A stretch of 64,000 bases of DNA, from assembly GCA_051362555.1 (NCBI GenBank), contig CM120640.1, positions 62,908,788-62,972,787 of the forward strand, read 5' to 3'. How positions within the stretch are numbered: the stretch's first letter is position 1; every line of letters starts with the position of its first letter. Both the position numbers and the translations under genes were made by a program. This DNA comes from Lingula anatina. Its lineage: Eukaryota > Animalia > Brachiopoda. Positions 58,321-64,000 of the stretch are shown one piece after another. Under the pieces are notes generated by a model. That model did no database searches. It was given only the letters and a program-made list of their open reading frames with translations, and was not told where the DNA came from.

Positions 58321-61176
58321 ATAGAGACACTGCTGCTGCACATGCAAAGAGATTTGATGCTGGTACTTCATTTAGATCAAACACGCTGAGTCTTCCTTGA
58401 TGGCTAGAAAAATGAGCAATTGTCCTTAATTGCATAATTTTATAAATTGATTATATGAAATTACGAATCGTTTGTGGAGTTATATATACAGTATAAAAGA
58501 AAGTGCCACCTCCTGGTGCTTCCATGTAATTACGCTATACAGGGGGCTTTATTCTCTTATGCAAGGTCTCTACAAGTTTGCTTCTTGTTGTTTAGGCGAA
58601 AGTTAATCAATCGACCATATCGAGTGCGGGGACTTGGTTTAGATCATTCTCTTAAGTAAGTAGTAACCAGGCTTTTACATAACATGCATGTCGGTGCGGC
58701 AGGAATGGCAGGCCACTTGGAACCGTAGTCCGTTACCCATTACTTTCCACAGGTGACACTGGTACTGTAAATACTAACCCTTACCTGTACTTGTCACCGG
58801 ACTTCTTCCTAGGACTACCATTCCTGTCACACTGGCACATATTTCATACCAGTAGTTATAGATGCCATTTATCAATTTGGGGTCAGGAATGTTTGTAAGA
58901 TCTGTTTAATTTAACAAAAACTATGACATTCGTCCATAAGGTGTGACAGGATATCTGCTTTGTCGCATTCGAATCCTTCTCATCTGCCTCGCGCATGTTA
59001 ACCAGAAGCTGTGATTGAAATGTCAGTGTGCTGGATTCTGTTAAATTGGATCTAATTACCATACACTGTATATGTCGCGCAAAGCAGTGCAGATGGGAAA
59101 GACTGATGATCACTTCACTGTTGTTTATTTAAGTAAAACCAAAGCAAATGAATTCAATGCCATATAATCTAAGTAGCGCGTGTTGCTTATAATTCTTCTT
59201 TAAGTTTCCGTTACTGTCACGCCATAAAACGATACCGATGCGGGTAGTTTGTGACTTAAGGGCGGCGAAGTTCCTGTGTTTTACATGTAGCAAAGGTGCG
59301 TGGGAGTTGAATCAAGTTATTGGAGAGCGTGAAGAAAATACCCAAAGTTGGATCTCCATTCAGATAAAATTATATCAAGCTGGGAAGGGACCAACTCGAG
59401 TCATTGGACAACCATATTGATGAATTAAGTTTTGAAGATGTTATGTCCCGTCTCTCACATATGTCAAACAAAGACTCGCGACTCGATTTAAAGACTCGAG
59501 TTGGTCCGATTTCTTATTTACTGTACTCCCTGTCTTAAGGAGCCTTTACATAACATAGTCAGAGGTAAACCTTTTTCAAACAATTGGCTTCTGTTGGCGG
59601 TTCCCTAGTCACATAAATACAAAGGTCGGAATACAAATGAGAAATAGATAAAATTACCCTCATTGCAACGAGGGAGTTAAACAGTTCCAAGCAAACATAT
59701 TAAGCACTGGCTGCAAATACACGTTCGGTGCCAGCTATTTATTTAAATACTTTCTGTTTGATATCTTGATCAAAAAACCTGCCACCAGTGGCAATGAAAT
59801 AATGTGGATTCAAAGGACAAAACACTGAAAATCGAATGGTTTTGCTGCAAAATGGACGAAATGCCAAATCTCCCAGATTTCAAGAAGTAATGCTTTATTA
59901 TACACATACAAATGAAGTTATCCCAGATACATTTCCACCATGCTTTTCGGGTCAACAAAATTGGCTGAAAAATGTTTCCTGATGATACAATAAGTATATC
60001 TGGCAAATGTTATACCAGTATATAGGTTTAATGGTAATGTGTTTTCAAAAATTGAGAAATGCTCTCTATTAATGTCTTGCGTCTCGCACTCAAAATAGCT
60101 TAACGTTTATCCATTACTCAGCTAAGCTGCCACTCAGTCTTATTATAAAATAACCTATTTCTTTGAAGTTAATGCCAACAACAAATTGGCATTAATGTAC
60201 AATTGCAGTAATTTCTTGAAACTCCATTTATTGACATGCAGCTGTGAGTGCTTTTCTCAGTCGATATAAAGCGTTGGGGGCAAACAAACACAAGTTTATT
60301 TTGCGAATTTTCCAAGATAATGCGAATTCCGCCTTTCCATGAATCCTGCAGTCACATTAATTACCACTAATCATTGCTTAGAAAAAACAATAGTTTGTGC
60401 CTTCGGACATAAATTTGTTTACGTGATCAACTTTGGAATGTTATGAAAATTGTGTTATTATGTTTATGACAGAAAAAAATAAAACCGTATGATTTATTGC
60501 CGGTAACAGTTACATGTACGATGTAGTAGGCTTCACAAGATTATTCAATGCAAATATTTTACAGAAACAGCCAAAAGATTATATGGATAGGTGTAATCTT
60601 GGCATTCTAGTACATGTATAAGTGAAGGAAAAAATGTGTATCCTAAGTGACATCATCTGGGTATTTGTTTGACATAAAGATTTATAAAATTATAATTTTC
60701 TGTCAACAGTTCTGACTTGTTGCAACAGGGGGCCAGTGTCAGTATAAATTATATACTTTGAAATCGCGTGAAACTGACAATACAATATTGTTATATCAAA
60801 GGTAAAATATACAACAGTTGACACGAATATATTGAAACATTCAAAAATATATACTTCTCTGTTCTTTTGAGAAGTTGTTAAAATACTTTTGCGACTTAAA
60901 AGCCTTCGAAGATTAGTCCTGCCTTAGAGTACACAGAAACTACAGTAAAAGACGGAGGGTCAAGCGATAATCCGCAATTGAATAACAATACATGTATGAC
61001 TATCTAGAGGTTTGCAGTCTTAGTCTTGTAAACATGCTCACGAAATATAATACATAATTTGTAACAATCGTCTTAAACATCTTGAAAATAATTTTTTTTG
61101 CGCAAAGAATTCTACCTTATCGGCAAATACGGGAGCGATCCAATGAAAACTCTGTATATCATCCCCCTATCTCTAT

Positions 61177-62899
61177 TTATTTCTCCTCTGCTCCCTCGAT
61201 TTCCTCATGTTTTCCCAAAGCTCGGGCTAGATTATACAGCTGCATATACTCCTCCGCAGCCTTTTCCCGCTTTTCTTCTGCCTGAGCTTTTCTGATGAAA
61301 GCTCCCCAGCGCCCGTACTGTGGCTCGGCCTCGTATGGGTAGAAGGGAGCTCGTTTATTCCCCGGTACCATACTTAGGTATTGGCGCTTAGGCACGGAAG
61401 GGTAAGGTCGTATGGGAATCTCGTAAGTTTGGTATTCTGCCTCTGGTTCTTCCCGCCAGTATCCACGTGGTTCGTCATCCTCTTCTACTCTGAAATTCGG
61501 GGAGAAAGCCCTTCTTTGGTCAAATATTCCGTATCCAAAACCAATTCTGTTTCTTTTGGTTGGTATGTTTTGGGGGACGTAGCGATATATGTCGTAGTTA
61601 TCTGACGGGAGAAATTCTCGGGTCCAGTATTCTTGGGGTACGTATCGGGGCACGTCGTAAGGGCTGTAAGACTGATCATCTTCGTATCCATCTTCTTCAT
61701 CTTCTGTACGAGAGTTGTAGGCTGCTCGCATTAGCTGCCACAAATCTCGCAGTTCGTCTTCCGAAAACCTGACATCATTATAGCCGTTCACATCTCGCCG
61801 AGAGCGTTTGTTTCTCCTAAGTTCTTTTTCTTCTGCTGGCGCATCACGCTTTTCAAGGCGGGCGGGGAGGCTGGCGCTTCTCTTTCTTCTGTAGTCGTAT
61901 GGAGATAGGTATGGATAATAATAGCGGTAGACGTAAGGGTCTACGAAGTGGTCTCTGTCGTAGATCATTTGATCTGAAAAGATATATGCTGTGATATATA
62001 GCTGTGATAACTAAAAGTCAGATATTCCAGCTGTGTAAATTAAGAAAATAATATATGTTTGTTGACTTTCCAAGACATCAAAGACCCATTCCCAAGTTCA
62101 AACATCAATATGGCAGTTAAAATATAGTATAGCCATATGTAACGTCTTTGGACTTAGAGTATAAATGTGTAACTTCCATTGTAACCCACACCTACCCCTG
62201 CATTTACGCGTGTACATGTCACGATCAGCAAAAAGTGCTTACCATAGTATTTTTTCAAATCATCATAATCATATTCTTCCTCGCGTTCCTCATCGTCAGA
62301 GCCATCCTCCGCAAGTTCCTCGGGTGTCTTCTCTTCTGCACCAAGACTAGCAAGTGCTTTCTCTTCATCAGTGATATCGGCATCAGGGGGAAGCTGAGGG
62401 GGCGCCACCGGCTGTTTATCTACCAGTTTGTCCATTTCATCGCTTTCTTCGTCTTTACTCTCAGAGATGTCTGGCTCTGTAGAATCTGAATGGCTGTCTT
62501 CATCCTGTTTATCCAACATGTCCTCCGTCTCTGAATCGGTATTCTGGTCTGGCGTCGAGTCTTGATTGAAAGGCTCTATCACACTGTCGGCCGGTGGTTC
62601 GTTAGAGTCGTCGCCAGCGTCAGCGCTGGGTACCTGTTCCGACTCTTCAGCAGTGGTGCCAGGGTTCACGAGTTTTGGTATTTTATCCGAAAGCACCCTA
62701 TCCATTTGAGTATCAACGAATTCAACTGGCTTTGATTCCACTTCTGACTCGCTTTTGGCATCAACCAAACTGTCTTCTTTCTCGTGTGACGCGGTAGAAC
62801 CAGCCTCTTGACTCTTACTTTCTATACCTGGGTCTGATTTCTTTACCCTTTCCTTATTCTGTTGATTTCCAAAGGCTATGGTTTCGTCTGAGCGCTTTT
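61177..62899 (-). CDS. Acidic prohormone / neuropeptide-precursor-like (granin-like) protein; last two coding exons, 5' part not identified in the window
   Basis: Exon 62899-62243 (cag|AA ... G|gtaagc) joins in phase to exon 61973-61177 (cag|AT ... stop). About 480 aa, very D/E-rich, no Cys in these exons, many KR/RR/RRKR/KRSRR sites. Confidence 0.8.
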
Positions 62900-64000
62900 C
62901 TGTAGAAAAATATTTAAACAATTGAAACAATTCCAATCAGTGCATTTCTGTGAATTTCGGTGTTTAAAAATTAATTCGATTAAATAACCATTCCTGCATG
63001 AAACATTGTAATGTACATGCATTTATATTAAAAACCTTCAGTCATATACATGTGACAACTTTTCAATTGCTTTTTTGCCTTGACGTAGGATGATAGATGA
63101 ATAAGGAAACAAAAAGGAGAGAGTTTGAATAACGTGTTAAATATATAAGGGAATTGCATGTAATACGTACTTAAATATCAATAACACAAAGCAGAAGTGT
63201 CGTGTTGTCAAAAAAAGTACAAAAGGGGTAATGTGAGGCTAGTTGTTTATCTGGAAAATAGTGATTTTTGTGGCATTGGCATTTTATGTAGAGGAGGATG
63301 ACAAAGCCATTGCACCATATTGATTATCAATGAATGACAGTAGAATGTTGTTGTTTTTTGTATTTTATTTTATTGGTAATTTCAAGTAAATATCATTACT
63401 AGCCAAAGCCCTGAAGACAGTTTGGATTAGGGCATTCCTAGCCATCTAATTTTCAATTTAATCCCGAGGGTTTTCAACTGGGCCCGCCTTTTGGGAATTC
63501 CAAGTGAGCCATTCTACCCTGTTCATCCTTACTGTGGTAAAGCCACATTTGGCCTGTCCTGCGTGGCATTATCATCCTGAAAATTGAACGGATGGTCCCT
63601 GTCCCCAAAGATGTTTCCCATCGCTGTCAGTAGGTGTTGGTCCAGGCATCCCGTTTAGCGCTCGTGATTGTGTGTTCAATTTAAACGTACCAGTCCATCA
63701 ATACCGTATATTTTGTGAGTTCCCGTACTTTCAACAAGGAAGCAATTTGACCGCCAGAGGGACGTTACACGTTCGATGACACACCAAGAGCACAAATCAT
63801 ACAAATGGCGCAATACTTTTGTCACCCCCAATCCCCAGAAGTTGCCATCTGTTTCATTTCATATCAAACAAAACTTCGTGAAATAAGGTTTTGACAGGTA
63901 ACAATTTTGTATGTCAGTAAAAATAGGACAACTAAAATGTTGACGTTTCGGATATCTTTATCATGATCACAACAATTTAACACTTCCATCTCATAAAAAC

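Noticed and set aside
59388-59507. 15-bp perfect inverted repeat GGACCAACTCGAGTC
   Set aside because: Probably a tiny decayed MITE; no TSD or other support.
61082-62489. Plus-strand ORFs overlapping the prohormone exons
   Set aside because: Antisense shadows of the minus-strand coding exons.
63400-63970. Possible Penelope/hammerhead remnant, or an upstream exon of the prohormone (63533-63576, minus strand)
   Set aside because: The hammerhead core and stems are incomplete, no convincing GIY-YIG or RT translation was found, and the exon-like piece does not encode a signal peptide.

Overview
Eukaryotic, AT-rich, intron-dense animal DNA; an invertebrate, possibly a mollusc or other lophotrochozoan (weak guess from repeat and intron style). 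Most short six-frame ORFs are spurious or exon fragments. The dominant feature is a complete + strand gene (CDS 7227-53106) that I reassembled by hand into 68 phase-consistent coding exons (8223 nt, 2740 aa). It encodes a divergent inositol 1,4,5-trisphosphate receptor / ryanodine receptor superfamily channel. It has IP3R size and architecture, but also a partly remodelled IP3 site, several RyR-like segments, a non-canonical pore filter (GLIGAIFD instead of GLRSGGGVGD), altered gate and Ca2+-site residues, a pair of duplicated mutually exclusive exons, candidate microexons, a GC-AG intron, and an acidic/Pro-rich tail ending in the PDZ ligand DTRL. Downstream on the - strand are a two-coding-exon gene for a 90-aa secreted prepropeptide with an 8-Cys WAP-like mature domain (56107-56614) and the last two exons of an acidic, granin/neuropeptide-precursor-like prohormone (61177-62899). 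Mobile DNA includes a decayed CR1/L2-type LINE split by a PIF/Harbinger-like MITE with a TAA target duplication, several other fold-back elements, a 173-bp tandem duplication and microsatellites. Family comparisons and residue numbers come from my memory of mammalian IP3R1/RyR1; no searches were run.
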